Below are positions 18,966 through 26,658 of a stretch of DNA of 64,000 nucleotides, piece by piece. Within the stretch, counting starts at the first letter, position 1, and each line of letters begins with the position of its first letter. The notes beneath the pieces are model-generated. The model was not told the origin of the DNA and searched no databases. It was given only the letters and a program-made list of their open reading frames with translations. The stretch comes from Escherichia phage vB_EcoS_ESCO40. Where the stretch lies: the sequence record NC_106514.1, one strand, 5' to 3'. The translations under genes and the position numbers were made by a program.

Positions 18966-19160
18966 CTATGGAAATAGAGTAACTGGCTCAGGTTCTTCAA
19001 GGCGCTTACCTTCATGATCTACTCGAATGACTCCGCACCCTTCGCAAACCACAACTGCACCATAACCTTCTTTGACTTCGGCTTCTGTAATCAGACCAGA
19101 TAAGTCACCAGTATCTCTACCCCACATATCAATGGAGCATTGTTTGCAGAACTCAGCCAT
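18966..19160 (-). CDS. small zinc-ribbon protein (64 aa)
   Basis: CxxC...CxxC pairs (CKQC, CEGC). Confidence 0.45.
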   Translation of the reverse strand: MAEFCKQCSIDMWGRDTGDLSGLITEAEVKEGYGAVVVCEGCGVIRVDHEGKRLEEPEPVTLFP

Positions 19161-19185
19161 ATTTTATTTCCTATTTAAGTTAATT

Positions 19186-19262
19186 TGGGGTGGCTAGTGG
19201 AATTCGAATCCACATAGGCCTGATTCACAATCAGGATCATTAACCAATTATGATATAGCCAC
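19186..19262 (-). tRNA. tRNA-His (anticodon GUG)
   Basis: Extra 5' G(-1), C73, loop TTGTGAA; ends TAGCCACCCCA. Confidence 0.8.
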
Positions 19263-19627
19263 AATTGAAAACTCGCAGGGTTAGCGAAACCATCCTCAAT
19301 TAGCATGTTCTAGAATACTAATCAAGTTATCTCCTATTGCACGCAGCTCAAGACTAGTACGAATTTTCAATTGTGGCGGCTCTCAGAAACTCTTCTATTC
19401 TAGCCTCAGAAGCTTACCCCCGAACGCATGTCGGGAAAGTCTTTCCAAGAGCATCAAATAGCACCGTTACACTTTGAGCCATTGATGTATCAAGGAATAG
19501 AAGGACTTGAACCTTCATGAGTTAGACCATTTAACTTAACCGCTTTTAAGGTATATTTCTAGGAGTGGATGTTCCTAGTAAACCTATTCGGCAGTCCCGT
19601 CTACCAATTCCGGCATATTCCAAGATT

Positions 19628-19722
19628 TGGAGGTAGGTAAGGGGATCGAACCCTTACACCGTATCACTACGATCAACCGATTTCAAGTCGGAGTCCAGCG
19701 CCAGCCGTTGGATTGACCTACC
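19628..19722 (-). tRNA. class II tRNA, probable tRNA-Ser (anticodon UGA)
   Basis: Acceptor GGTAGGT/ACCTACC, loop CTTGAAA, long variable arm, T-arm AAGGG-TTCGATC-CCCTT; unusually long at 95 nt. Confidence 0.5.
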
Positions 19723-20233
19723 CTATAAACTCTTCATATACTGCAAATTCCCCGAATAACTCACGTCTAAGATTATTAGCTTTATTTACAGCTTTATCTA
19801 GTTCAGTAAAAAGTCCACCATAATGGAGCTTGCCATCTTTACGTACTTCTATTTTCCACTTATTTCTTTGCTTATGCCAAGTTACATTTTTATACCCAGA
19901 GGTATTATCTACCCTTAATTTAGCATTAGCTTGATTCTGTGATACAGTGGCTATTCGTAAGTTATCCCATTTAGTATTGGACTTATCTTGATCCTTGTGG
20001 TCAATTAGATCTGGTATTTTTCCAGTCATGTATAAGAATGCTAGACGATGTGCTAACCAGCTAGTATTTCCTAGAGTTATCTTCCAATAGCCTAGTTCAT
20101 TAATAAATCCCGCTCTAGTTCCAGCATATTTACTATTCCATTGACTATCTAAATCAGATCTATATTTCCAGAAAAACTCTCCAGTATCTGGTTTATATAA
20201 CAACACGGATTTTAATTCTTGTTGTGTTAGCAT
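19718..20233 (-). CDS. HNH homing endonuclease with AP2-like domain (freestanding, inside tRNA array)
   Basis: HNH motif DLIDHKDQDKSNTKWDNLR; track start 20395 would run through a tRNA gene, so start placed at ATG 20233. Confidence 0.7.
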   Translation of the reverse strand: MLTQQELKSVLLYKPDTGEFFWKYRSDLDSQWNSKYAGTRAGFINELGYWKITLGNTSWLAHRLAFLYMTGKIPDLIDHKDQDKSNTKWDNLRIATVSQNQANAKLRVDNTSGYKNVTWHKQRNKWKIEVRKDGKLHYGGLFTELDKAVNKANNLRRELFGEFAVYEEFIG

Positions 20234-20248
20234 ATATACTCCAATATT

Positions 20249-20342
20249 TGGCGGAAAAGATGGGAGTTGAACCCATAAGGCAATATTGCTATTACTCAAC
20301 CGATTTCCAATCGGGTTTAGTCGCCAGTCTATTTGCTTTTCC
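20249..20342 (-). tRNA. class II tRNA-Ser (anticodon GGA)
   Basis: Acceptor GGAAAAG/CTTTTCC, loop TTGGAAA, long variable arm, G73, CCA. Confidence 0.6.
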
Positions 20343-20348
20343 GTAAAA

Positions 20349-20435
20349 TGGTAGGGATGGAGGGACTCGAACCCACACGTATGTTTCAACACCAAGTTCT
20401 AAGCCTGGCGCGGCTACCAATTTCGCCACATCCCC
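20349..20435 (-). tRNA. tRNA-Leu (anticodon UAG)
   Basis: 87 nt, loop CTTAGAA, long variable arm, A73. Confidence 0.7.
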
Positions 20436-20443
20436 ATTTTGTT

Positions 20444-20517
20444 TGGTGGAGAAAGAGGGAGTTGAACCCTCGTCTTCTGCGTGCAAAGCAGATGTTCTAC
20501 CATTAAACTATATCCCC
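20444..20517 (-). tRNA. tRNA-Ala (anticodon UGC)
   Basis: G3:U70 wobble, A73, stem TCTGC/GCAGA, loop TTTGCAC. Confidence 0.75.
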
Positions 20518-20755
20518 AAATTCTTTAGTTTACTAAGGCTATTAGCTCGGCGTAACTACAGCACCTTCGCTTCGAGCGGAAGGAACCGCGTCATCTCGCA
20601 AACCCGATACACTATTCAGTTGCCGCTGAATCTAGTGGACTAATCTAGAACCTCTCCCAAATAGTAGGGATCGTGCTTTTTGGCAGCCAGTCCTAGGTCG
20701 AGCTAATACCTTAGTGAACTATGATGAGGATTTCTCCTCATCAATTTATATAAAT

Positions 20756-20784
20756 ATTATAACAAGAAATTAAGCATCAAGCAA
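20756..20784 (-). promoter_or_regulatory. sigma70-type promoter driving tRNA operon
   Basis: TTGCTT-17-TATAAT; no ORF downstream, only leader and tRNAs. Confidence 0.6.
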
Positions 20785-20802
20785 ATGAGTTTTTCTTGAA
20801 AT

Positions 20803-20878
20803 TGGTAGCGGGTTCCAGTACTGCCCTGGACTTACTTAGCTTATGAGACTAAGAAGAACTCTATGCCTCCCACCCGCA
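20803..20878 (-). tRNA. degenerate tRNA-like element (CAU anticodon loop, non-canonical T-loop)
   Basis: 76 nt with CCA, loop CTCATAA, 1:72 mismatch, T-loop GGCAGTA lacks TTC, weak D-stem. Confidence 0.3.
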
Positions 20879-20884
20879 ATTGTT

Positions 20885-20960
20885 TGGTCAGTGCGGCAGG
20901 ACTCGAACCTGCGACCCGAATCATCCAAGGATCCCACGCTACCAACTGCGCTACGCACTG
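20885..20960 (-). tRNA. tRNA-Pro (anticodon UGG)
   Basis: C1:G72 as in bacterial tRNA-Pro, loop CTTGGAT, T-arm GCAGG-TTCGAGT-CCTGC. Confidence 0.75.
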
Positions 20961-20991
20961 TTTGTTTTTGTTAACTCACTTTATAAGATAT

Positions 20992-21020
20992 ATTATACAG
21001 AGAATTAAGCTAAATAGCAA
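20992..21020 (-). promoter_or_regulatory. sigma70-type promoter driving tRNA operon
   Basis: TTGCTA-17-TATAAT. Confidence 0.6.
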
Positions 21021-21168
21021 ATGAATTTTTAATAAATTTACTTATTGTGTAGGCCACCTGGAGGCTATGAACCCACGGCTGACAAAGAAATTTGCGAGAC
21101 TTCTCTTAAAAGCCAGAATAGATCCGCCGATCTATCGGAACCTACATAATAAGTAAACTTTATAGTGT

Positions 21169-21289
21169 CATTCTAGACAGGACTCGAACCTGCTATCACT
21201 TGTGCGGACTTACGAGAACCATTCTTTCACTCGAATCGAACGAGCTTCTGCCCTCGCCAAGCTGGTTTCCCCATCAACCACGCTAGAAT
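21169..21289 (-). ncRNA. atypical tRNA-like RNA (121 nt, two T-arm-like hairpins)
   Basis: Perfect 7-bp acceptor pairing ATTCTAG/CTAGAAT enclosing CTCG-TTCGATT-CGAG and GCAGG-TTCGAGT-CCTGT hairpins; does not fold as a standard cloverleaf. Confidence 0.3.
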
Positions 21290-21411
21290 GTTTGATTGTT
21301 TTCAGTGCAAGAGTCCGAGTCTTGGACACGACCGCTTCGCAAGTACATAGGCAGCTTATCATGAGTCAGCACTTCCGAATTGCTAGCTCCGTGTTCTGCA
21401 CTGAAATTTTA

Positions 21412-21759
21412 TTAGTTTAACCGTAAAGTATTATCTACTTCACCATTAATTGTTCGGCATTCCTCTGGGATTGCCGGGGTGGCCTTGTATTCCCACCACT
21501 CAGCACCATCATATTCCCCACGTTCTAGCCAAGTTCCGTCGGCAAACCATACATTACCATAAAGTAATTGTCCACCATATCCAGAATCATATTCAAAGTC
21601 TAGGTTATTAAGAAAATCCTCAATGTCTTCTTCTGTATAACCTAAAGGTAATACCCAAACTTTTTTATCCCCATAATACCCGAATTCTATTTTAATACAC
21701 TTAACTTCAGAATTAGTATTTTTTAAGGCGAGTAACAGCTCTTCTTTAGCATTACGCAT
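21412..21759 (-). CDS. hypothetical acidic protein (115 aa)
   Basis: ORF. Confidence 0.5.
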   Translation of the reverse strand: MRNAKEELLLALKNTNSEVKCIKIEFGYYGDKKVWVLPLGYTEEDIEDFLNNLDFEYDSGYGGQLLYGNVWFADGTWLERGEYDGAEWWEYKATPAIPEECRTINGEVDNTLRLN

Positions 21760-21784
21760 AGTATATTCTCATACTGAATTAATT

Positions 21785-21861
21785 TGGCGCGACCGATGGG
21801 ATTTGAACCCACATTCCCTCCCGTGACAGGGGAGTACCATTACCAAGCCAGCCCCGGTCGC
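21785..21861 (-). tRNA. tRNA-Asp (anticodon GUC)
   Basis: Acceptor GCGACCG/CGGTCGC, loop CTGTCAC, G73, CCA. Confidence 0.8.
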
Positions 21862-21870
21862 ATAATTTAT

Positions 21871-22056
21871 TTACTCAGCTTTGAGTTTTTCAATAGCTGC
21901 ATTAAGTTCTTTAAGAAACTCTTTTCGTACATTAAGACGATTGAGACTTACTAGTATATCATGTTTAAGTTCTTCGATGTATTTCTTCTCAACTTCAATA
22001 TTGTTGATAGTGCTATCACGATGAACTTCTAGCTGCGCAATCACATTCTTGGACAT
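21871..22056 (-). CDS. small coiled-coil protein (61 aa)
   Basis: ORF. Confidence 0.4.
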   Translation of the reverse strand: MSKNVIAQLEVHRDSTINNIEVEKKYIEELKHDILVSLNRLNVRKEFLKELNAAIEKLKAE

Positions 22057-22157
22057 GCTTGTTTCCTCAGTTATTAACGAAAATGGTATCTGTGGCTGAA
22101 TTCGATGTCAGCAATGATAGCTGGTTGGCTACCGGTTTACTTAACTCTACACAGAAT

Positions 22158-22240
22158 TTGGCGGGCCGTGTAGGATTCGAACCTACGTTGTCTTTCGACA
22201 TGGATTAACAGTCCACCGCCAAACCGCTTGGCTAACGACC
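22158..22240 (-). tRNA. tRNA with Asn anticodon (GUU) and a 13-nt variable arm
   Basis: Loop CTGTTAA, perfect T-arm GTAGG-TTCGAAT-CCTAC, variable region GTCGAAAGACAAC forming a GAAA-capped mini-hairpin; 83 nt. Confidence 0.5.
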
Positions 22241-22393
22241 CTAAATTTATATTGCTGACTAGGATTTTCACCTAGACGGAGTTAGCACCGTAGCGTGTAG
22301 CGGCATACCTCTCCAAACCGTGCCTCATCTTTCAATTACGGAGACAGTGTTCCTACGCGTGCCTGAATTGATTTAACAATTCTTTCAGCAAAT

Positions 22394-22469
22394 TGGACGA
22401 CCGCATGAGATTTGAACTCACATAAAAAGGATTTGCAATCCTTCGCCTAAGCCATTCAGCCAACGGTCG
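22394..22469 (-). tRNA. tRNA-Cys (anticodon GCA)
   Basis: Stem AAGGA/TCCTT, loop TTGCAAA, T-loop TTCAAAT. Confidence 0.7.
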
Positions 22470-22647
22470 GTTTATCTTGTTTTTCGAGATCTTCAAATTC
22501 TAAATCGTTGAAGTTCCCTAGAGTACGTGTATAGAACCCGTCTCCTGAGTCATAGCCTGATTTACCGCAATCGCACATTTTAAATTCGCGCAGATGTGTG
22601 AAAATATGTTCAGAACCACAACACTTAAATCTAACTAATCGTTTCAT
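22456..22647 (-). CDS. small zinc-ribbon protein (63 aa)
   Basis: CC...C..C pattern; ORF behind promoter. Confidence 0.45.
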   Translation of the reverse strand: MKRLVRFKCCGSEHIFTHLREFKMCDCGKSGYDSGDGFYTRTLGNFNDLEFEDLEKQDKPTVG

Positions 22648-22675
22648 TAGCTTCTCCAGTTCAATTTATGTAATT

Positions 22676-22704
22676 ATTATATAGAACTTTTGGAAACTAA
22701 GCAA
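22676..22704 (-). promoter_or_regulatory. sigma70-type early promoter (T5 family)
   Basis: TTGCTT-17-TATAAT. Confidence 0.6.
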
Positions 22705-22974
22705 CTACATTTTTAAGAATTTGATGCCTTTCTTTTTCTTCTTATATTTCCACGTTAATGGATTTTGTCGATTATGAACGCTTGAGATCTTTGTCTCGTC
22801 AAAGTTCTTCAATATCATGTAATCACAGGATAATTGTTCTAGTGGAATGTGATCACCGTCAAAAGCGTATACATAAGGCCGTTGACTAGCACGATAATGA
22901 TAGACTTTGTTAATTCTACGTTTCAGCGACTTATCCGCGCAGTAAATAAAGAAGTTTTCAGGATGCATCAGCAT
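22705..22974 (-). CDS. hypothetical protein (89 aa)
   Basis: RBS TAGGAGA before ATG. Confidence 0.45.
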   Translation of the reverse strand: MLMHPENFFIYCADKSLKRRINKVYHYRASQRPYVYAFDGDHIPLEQLSCDYMILKNFDETKISSVHNRQNPLTWKYKKKKKGIKFLKM

Positions 22975-22986
22975 CTCCTAAGTAAT

Positions 22987-23063
22987 TGGCGTCCTGTGCG
23001 GGGATCGAACCCGCAAACCCTACCTTGAAAGGGTAGTGACTTTACCAGTTTGTCTAACAGGAC
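22987..23063 (-). tRNA. tRNA-Glu (anticodon UUC)
   Basis: Acceptor GTCCTGT/ACAGGAC, stem CTACC/GGTAG, loop CTTTCAA, G73. Confidence 0.75.
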
Positions 23064-23069
23064 TTAAAT

Positions 23070-23157
23070 TGGTAGGGGAGGATGGAGTCGAACCACCCGA
23101 GTCGCAATGACAACTAATTTACAGTCAGCTCTGCTACCACTTACAGAATACTCCCCC
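23070..23157 (-). tRNA. tRNA-Tyr (anticodon GUA), class II
   Basis: 88 nt, loop CTGTAAA, long variable arm. Confidence 0.65.
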
Positions 23158-23282
23158 ATATTTGAATGAAAAGTAAGTCGGTTAAACTCAAGGTGGAATA
23201 TTTCAGGATTTCCTGACTTTACCCCTCAAAGCAACTCGCTTAGTTACTTCTCATTCAGATATGTTTTCCAAACTAGATAACT

Positions 23283-23311
23283 ATTATATCAAGTTTTAAG
23301 GCACTGAGCAA
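23283..23311 (-). promoter_or_regulatory. sigma70-type promoter driving tRNA operon
   Basis: TTGCTC-17-TATAAT; the -35 sits in the arm of the 23301-23340 hairpin. Confidence 0.55.
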
Positions 23312-23340
23312 GTCAAATTTTGAAGAACTTGCTCAGTGCT
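23301..23340 (-). terminator. 12-bp perfect hairpin (terminator-like) overlapping promoter -35
   Basis: gcactgagcaag ... cttgctcagtgc directly after the stop of the 23348-23623 gene. Confidence 0.45.
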
Positions 23341-23347
23341 GTATTAG

Positions 23348-23623
23348 TTAGTCGAACTTAGGAGTGACAGTTAAGGAGAACGGAAGTTCAAAAACTTCTT
23401 CACCCTCATTACTAACAGTAACTACACGACCTTTAAGTTCAGACATTGAAATATCAATATCAGCTTTTGCATCTGGAGCCATGCCAGCTTCAACACATTT
23501 AGCTTTAACTTCCGGAAGGAGTTCTACATCGTAGAAATAAAGCCATTCAATCTCACCTTCCCAGCCTTCCCAGGATTTACAGATTGCACTTTCAATACCA
23601 GTTGCTATAACTCGATTTTGCAT
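23348..23623 (-). CDS. hypothetical protein (91 aa)
   Basis: ORF, RBS AAGGAG. Confidence 0.5.
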   Translation of the reverse strand: MQNRVIATGIESAICKSWEGWEGEIEWLYFYDVELLPEVKAKCVEAGMAPDAKADIDISMSELKGRVVTVSNEGEEVFELPFSLTVTPKFD

Positions 23624-23653
23624 TCGTTAACTCCTTCATCAATTTATATAACT

Positions 23654-23683
23654 ATTATATCAGAAATTTAAAGTAAAAGGCAA
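23654..23683 (-). promoter_or_regulatory. sigma70-type early promoter (T5 family)
   Basis: TTGCCT-18-TATAAT. Confidence 0.5.
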
Positions 23684-23713
23684 GTACATTTTTAAAAATT
23701 CTGTTCGGAGGAG

Positions 23714-23920
23714 CTAAACTCCAGATTCTTCGGCCAAGTCTAGACTAATAAGAGTTATAGCCATAATTGCCGCACCATGTTCTTTTTCTCCGCTGTTTTT
23801 AGCAGAGTCTATAATATCCTTAATCTGTTCGTAATAACTTTTTACTTCTTGTTCAATGCCTGCCTCGGCTATCATGCCTTTAGTCATGAATCGTTGCATG
23901 GTAATTTCAGGATTAGCCAT
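23714..23920 (-). CDS. hypothetical protein (68 aa)
   Basis: ORF; start overlaps the stop of an unlisted upstream small ORF. Confidence 0.4.
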   Translation of the reverse strand: MANPEITMQRFMTKGMIAEAGIEQEVKSYYEQIKDIIDSAKNSGEKEHGAAIMAITLISLDLAEESGV

Positions 23921-24080
23921 GTTGTTTCTCCAGTTTCATTTTTAATAGTTTACAAATGAAATCAACGTCTTCATCTGTGCCTAAGTCTCTATCCTCAAGG
24001 GTTGCCTTGAAGTTTTTCGTCAATTCCATAAGGATAACTTCCTTAGAACGACGTGTTGGAGGCGGAGGAGGTCTATACAT
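23913..24080 (-). CDS. unlisted small ORF (55 aa, Pro-rich N-terminus MYRPPPPPTRR)
   Basis: Translated by hand; RBS AAGGAA before ATG at 24080; below the 60-aa cutoff of the track. Confidence 0.35.
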   Translation of the reverse strand: MYRPPPPPTRRSKEVILMELTKNFKATLEDRDLGTDEDVDFICKLLKMKLEKQHG

Positions 24081-24095
24081 CTTAATTCCTTAATT

Positions 24096-24172
24096 TGGTA
24101 GGGGTGGTGGGATTCGAACCCACAAAACCTGAATTTTAAGTCCAGTACCTATGCCAATTCGATTACACCCCC
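24096..24172 (-). tRNA. tRNA with Leu anticodon (UAA), class I architecture
   Basis: 77 nt, loop CTTAAAA, perfect T-arm GTGGG-TTCGAAT-CCCAC, A73, short 5-nt variable loop. Confidence 0.5.
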
Positions 24173-24273
24173 ATGTAATCAGTTTATTAGTTGATACATA
24201 TTATAGCCTAGAGAAAACCCTACTATTAATCCTACGAACCAACCAATATAATAATCTTTTAGTTTCACTGGTA

Positions 24274-24459
24274 TCAACCTCGTTCAATATCTAGAGAAAT
24301 ACCACAGGTAGGATTAATGCCTGTGCCTTTGCATGTAGGGCAAACCCAGATATTGCAAAAAGTATCCCCTGCTTCTGCATCAGAACTTTCTCCAATCCCA
24401 CGACATTCAGGACAGGCACATTCTTCTAGCTCTTGCTTGAGTTCTTGAAACTTAGACAT
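24274..24459 (-). CDS. small zinc-finger protein (61 aa)
   Basis: CxxC...CxxC (CPEC, CPTC). Confidence 0.45.
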   Translation of the reverse strand: MSKFQELKQELEECACPECRGIGESSDAEAGDTFCNIWVCPTCKGTGINPTCGISLDIERG

Positions 24460-24468
24460 ATAGTTTCC

Positions 24469-24657
24469 TTATTCAATTACTTTTGAAGCTTCAAGGGAGT
24501 CGATATAGTGTACGTTTTCTACCATAATCATATAATCTGCCACTTTATCCATAGCCTGAGCTTCAGAGGTAGCCCTGGCTAACCTATATCCTTTTTTATA
24601 CTCATCCGGGTATTCCCTATCTGGAATAAACACAACACAAACTAGGTATAGTTCCAC
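24469..24657 (-). CDS. hypothetical protein (62 aa, GTG start)
   Basis: RBS GAGGGG before GTG. Confidence 0.4.
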   Translation of the reverse strand: MELYLVCVVFIPDREYPDEYKKGYRLARATSEAQAMDKVADYMIMVENVHYIDSLEASKVIE

Positions 24658-24678
24658 CTGTAACCCCTCTAATTAAGC

Positions 24679-24756
24679 TGGTGGCTCCCCGAGGATTCGA
24701 ACCTACGTACCTTCCGGTTATGAGCCGGGTGCTCATACCATATGAGCTTGAGAACC
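24679..24756 (-). tRNA. tRNA with CAU anticodon (elongator Met or Ile2)
   Basis: Loop CTCATAA, acceptor GGTTCTC/GGGAGCC with two G-U pairs, A73; T-stem weak (3 bp). Confidence 0.45.
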
Positions 24757-24762
24757 AGAATT

Positions 24763-24851
24763 TGGCGGAAGAAGTGGGAATCGAACCCACAAGGCTATAT
24801 TTCAAACCGACAGATTAGCAATCTGCTGCAATACCGTTATGCTATTCTTCC
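24763..24851 (-). tRNA. class II tRNA-Ser (anticodon GCU)
   Basis: Acceptor GGAAGAA/TTCTTCC, stem CAGA/TCTG, loop TTGCTAA, long variable arm, G73. Confidence 0.7.
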
Positions 24852-24865
24852 GAATTTATAAATAT

Positions 24866-24894
24866 ATTATATTAGAAATTTAGCTTCATAGCAA
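24866..24894 (-). promoter_or_regulatory. sigma70-type promoter driving tRNA operon
   Basis: TTGCTA-17-TATAAT; tRNA-Ser begins about 8 nt after predicted start site. Confidence 0.6.
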
Positions 24895-25390
24895 GAAAAT
24901 TTTTCAAGTTTTCGGTAGACATCTCATCCACATCTACAGGAGAAACAAATCCATTTAATTGTCTAGCAAATTTTTCACCAGCAGGATCATTATCCCCAAC
25001 AGCTACCAATTTAAAAGGTAGTAATTTCAATTGCTTTAACAACGCTTTCCCGGGGGAAGAACCCAACATTGCTAGGGCAGGATAACCAGCGTTATGTAAC
25101 GCAACTGCCTTAAATACAGATTCAGCAATCAATACTACTTTTTCATCTCCATTGAGAGTTTCTAGTCCCCATACACACTGTGTAGTAGAATAAGTAAAAT
25201 ATCTAGCTTCAAGGGGGCACTTACCATGACCTTTTGGAGCAGAAGGATTATAAGTCTGATAGCCTCTCAACATCCCAGAGAAGTCATACAATGGGACTGT
25301 TAGCCATCCTTCCGGACTTAACCAGCAATGATATTTATCTGTATCAAACCCTCTAGATAAGAGATGTTCTGTTAGTTCATCAACAGTCAT
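24872..25390 (-). CDS. Toprim-domain protein (about 172 aa)
   Basis: C-terminal VLIAE...VGDNDPAGEK resembles the Toprim E...DxD signature; track start 25441 lies in the promoter -35. Confidence 0.5.
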   Translation of the reverse strand: MTVDELTEHLLSRGFDTDKYHCWLSPEGWLTVPLYDFSGMLRGYQTYNPSAPKGHGKCPLEARYFTYSTTQCVWGLETLNGDEKVVLIAESVFKAVALHNAGYPALAMLGSSPGKALLKQLKLLPFKLVAVGDNDPAGEKFARQLNGFVSPVDVDEMSTENLKNFLAMKLNF

Positions 25391-25420
25391 ACTAGATTCC
25401 TCTCTCAAATTTATAAATAT

Positions 25421-25449
25421 ATTATACAGAGAATTTAGCATTCAAGCAA
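25421..25449 (-). promoter_or_regulatory. sigma70-type early promoter (T5 family)
   Basis: TTGCTT-17-TATAAT. Confidence 0.6.
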
Positions 25450-25565
25450 TTGAATTTTTTAACTTTTTAGAGGAAAATCATAGGATGCTTAAGGGTAGCA
25501 GATAAGTGGTGAGTACCGAAATTTGTGACCCCACTAAAAATCTGGGGGCAATTTTTAAAGACCCC

Positions 25566-25594
25566 TTGACATTTTCGCCGGGGTAGTGTAAAGT
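25566..25594 (+). promoter_or_regulatory. sigma70 promoter of the opposite-strand island
   Basis: TTGACA-17-TAAAGT on plus strand, unlike the surrounding TTGCT family. Confidence 0.5.
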
Positions 25595-25656
25595 ATATGT
25601 TATGGATGAGTGATCAAAGAGACACACATTTTCTATATACTAGGAGGTGTCAAAAA

Positions 25657-26637
25657 ATGACAGAAGAAGTAGCTAAGAATCCTGAGACCGTCGCTAGCGT
25701 AGCAGCAGAACTGCATCGTCACGAGGAATCAGATAAGAAAAAGTGGGAGAAAGTTAAAGCCTACGAAGAAGAACATCGTGAACACGATGATAAAGATGAA
25801 GAAGATGACGATGATGAACATTGTCATAAATATGGAAAACATAAAATGCAAGAACCAGTAAACGTATTTACTAACGGCTTCCCGGGCATGGGTGCATTCC
25901 CAGCTAACGCAAGTGCTTTCGGTGGAGAAGGTATGGGTCTATTCGGCGCTATCCTAATCGGTGCTCTATTAACAGGCGGATTTGGTGGTTTTGGTGGTTT
26001 TGGTCGCGGTGCTGGCGTTGCCGCTGAAGGGACTGCTGTGGACGCGATCCTTTCTAACCAAGATACTGCAAGTATTCTAGCTGCAATCAATACTACTCGT
26101 ACAGAAGCTAATCAGGGCACTGGGGCTGTTCTAAGCGCAGTAAACGGTGTGGGAGCTGCTCAAGCTGCTAGCACTCAGCAAGTTCTGACTACTATCTACG
26201 GTACAGGTGCTAATCTGTCAAACCAGATCTGTGCTGAAACTCGTAACGTTATTCAGGGTCAGTTCGATCTTTCTCGTCAGATGGATCAATCTTTCGCTGC
26301 TAACCAGATAGCACGTGCTCAAGATAAGTTTGACTCTGCTCAGATTGCTTTCCAGCAATCTATTCAGACTAATAACCAGTTCGCCGCTGTTCAGGCTCAG
26401 ATGTGTGCTAACCAGAACGCTATCGAACGTCAGCTTGCTGAATGTTGCTGTGAGCTTCAGACTGCAATCGCTGGTGTAACTACTGCACGTATCCAGGACG
26501 AACTGAATGAATGCCGTCTGCGCGAAGCAATCGCTGCAGGTAGTGGTGCAAATGGTCAGGTAATCAACCAAATCGCTGTAAGTCTTGGTGCTATCACTCA
26601 GACTCTGGCTGGTCTGCAGGCTAAACTGCCGGCTTAA
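25657..26637 (+). CDS. low-complexity protein: acidic/His-rich N-terminus, glycine-zipper hydrophobic segment, Ala/Gln/Asn-rich C-terminus
   Basis: RBS AGGAGGTG before ATG at 25657 (track start 25597 unsupported); segment LFGAILIGALLTGGFGGFGGFG; codons biased to cgt/ctg/ggt. Confidence 0.65.
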   Translation: MTEEVAKNPETVASVAAELHRHEESDKKKWEKVKAYEEEHREHDDKDEEDDDDEHCHKYGKHKMQEPVNVFTNGFPGMGAFPANASAFGGEGMGLFGAILIGALLTGGFGGFGGFGRGAGVAAEGTAVDAILSNQDTASILAAINTTRTEANQGTGAVLSAVNGVGAAQAASTQQVLTTIYGTGANLSNQICAETRNVIQGQFDLSRQMDQSFAANQIARAQDKFDSAQIAFQQSIQTNNQFAAVQAQMCANQNAIERQLAECCCELQTAIAGVTTARIQDELNECRLREAIAAGSGANGQVINQIAVSLGAITQTLAGLQAKLPA

Positions 26638-26658
26638 ACTTAAGGGGAGGAGCCCATT

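Noticed and set aside
20234-20395. N-terminal extension of the HNH endonuclease ORF
   Set aside because: Would run through tRNA-Ser(GGA) at 20249-20342; the paralog at 5238-5774 starts at the equivalent internal Met
17776-24851. CRISPR array in the repetitive tRNA region
   Set aside because: The repeats are tRNA T-arms and acceptors and promoter cassettes, not regularly spaced direct repeats with unique spacers
25597-25656. Track start of the 346-aa island ORF (MLWMSDQRDTHFLYTRRCQK...)
   Set aside because: No RBS; the AGGAGGTG RBS sits before the internal ATG at 25657, and the promoter -10 ends at 25594
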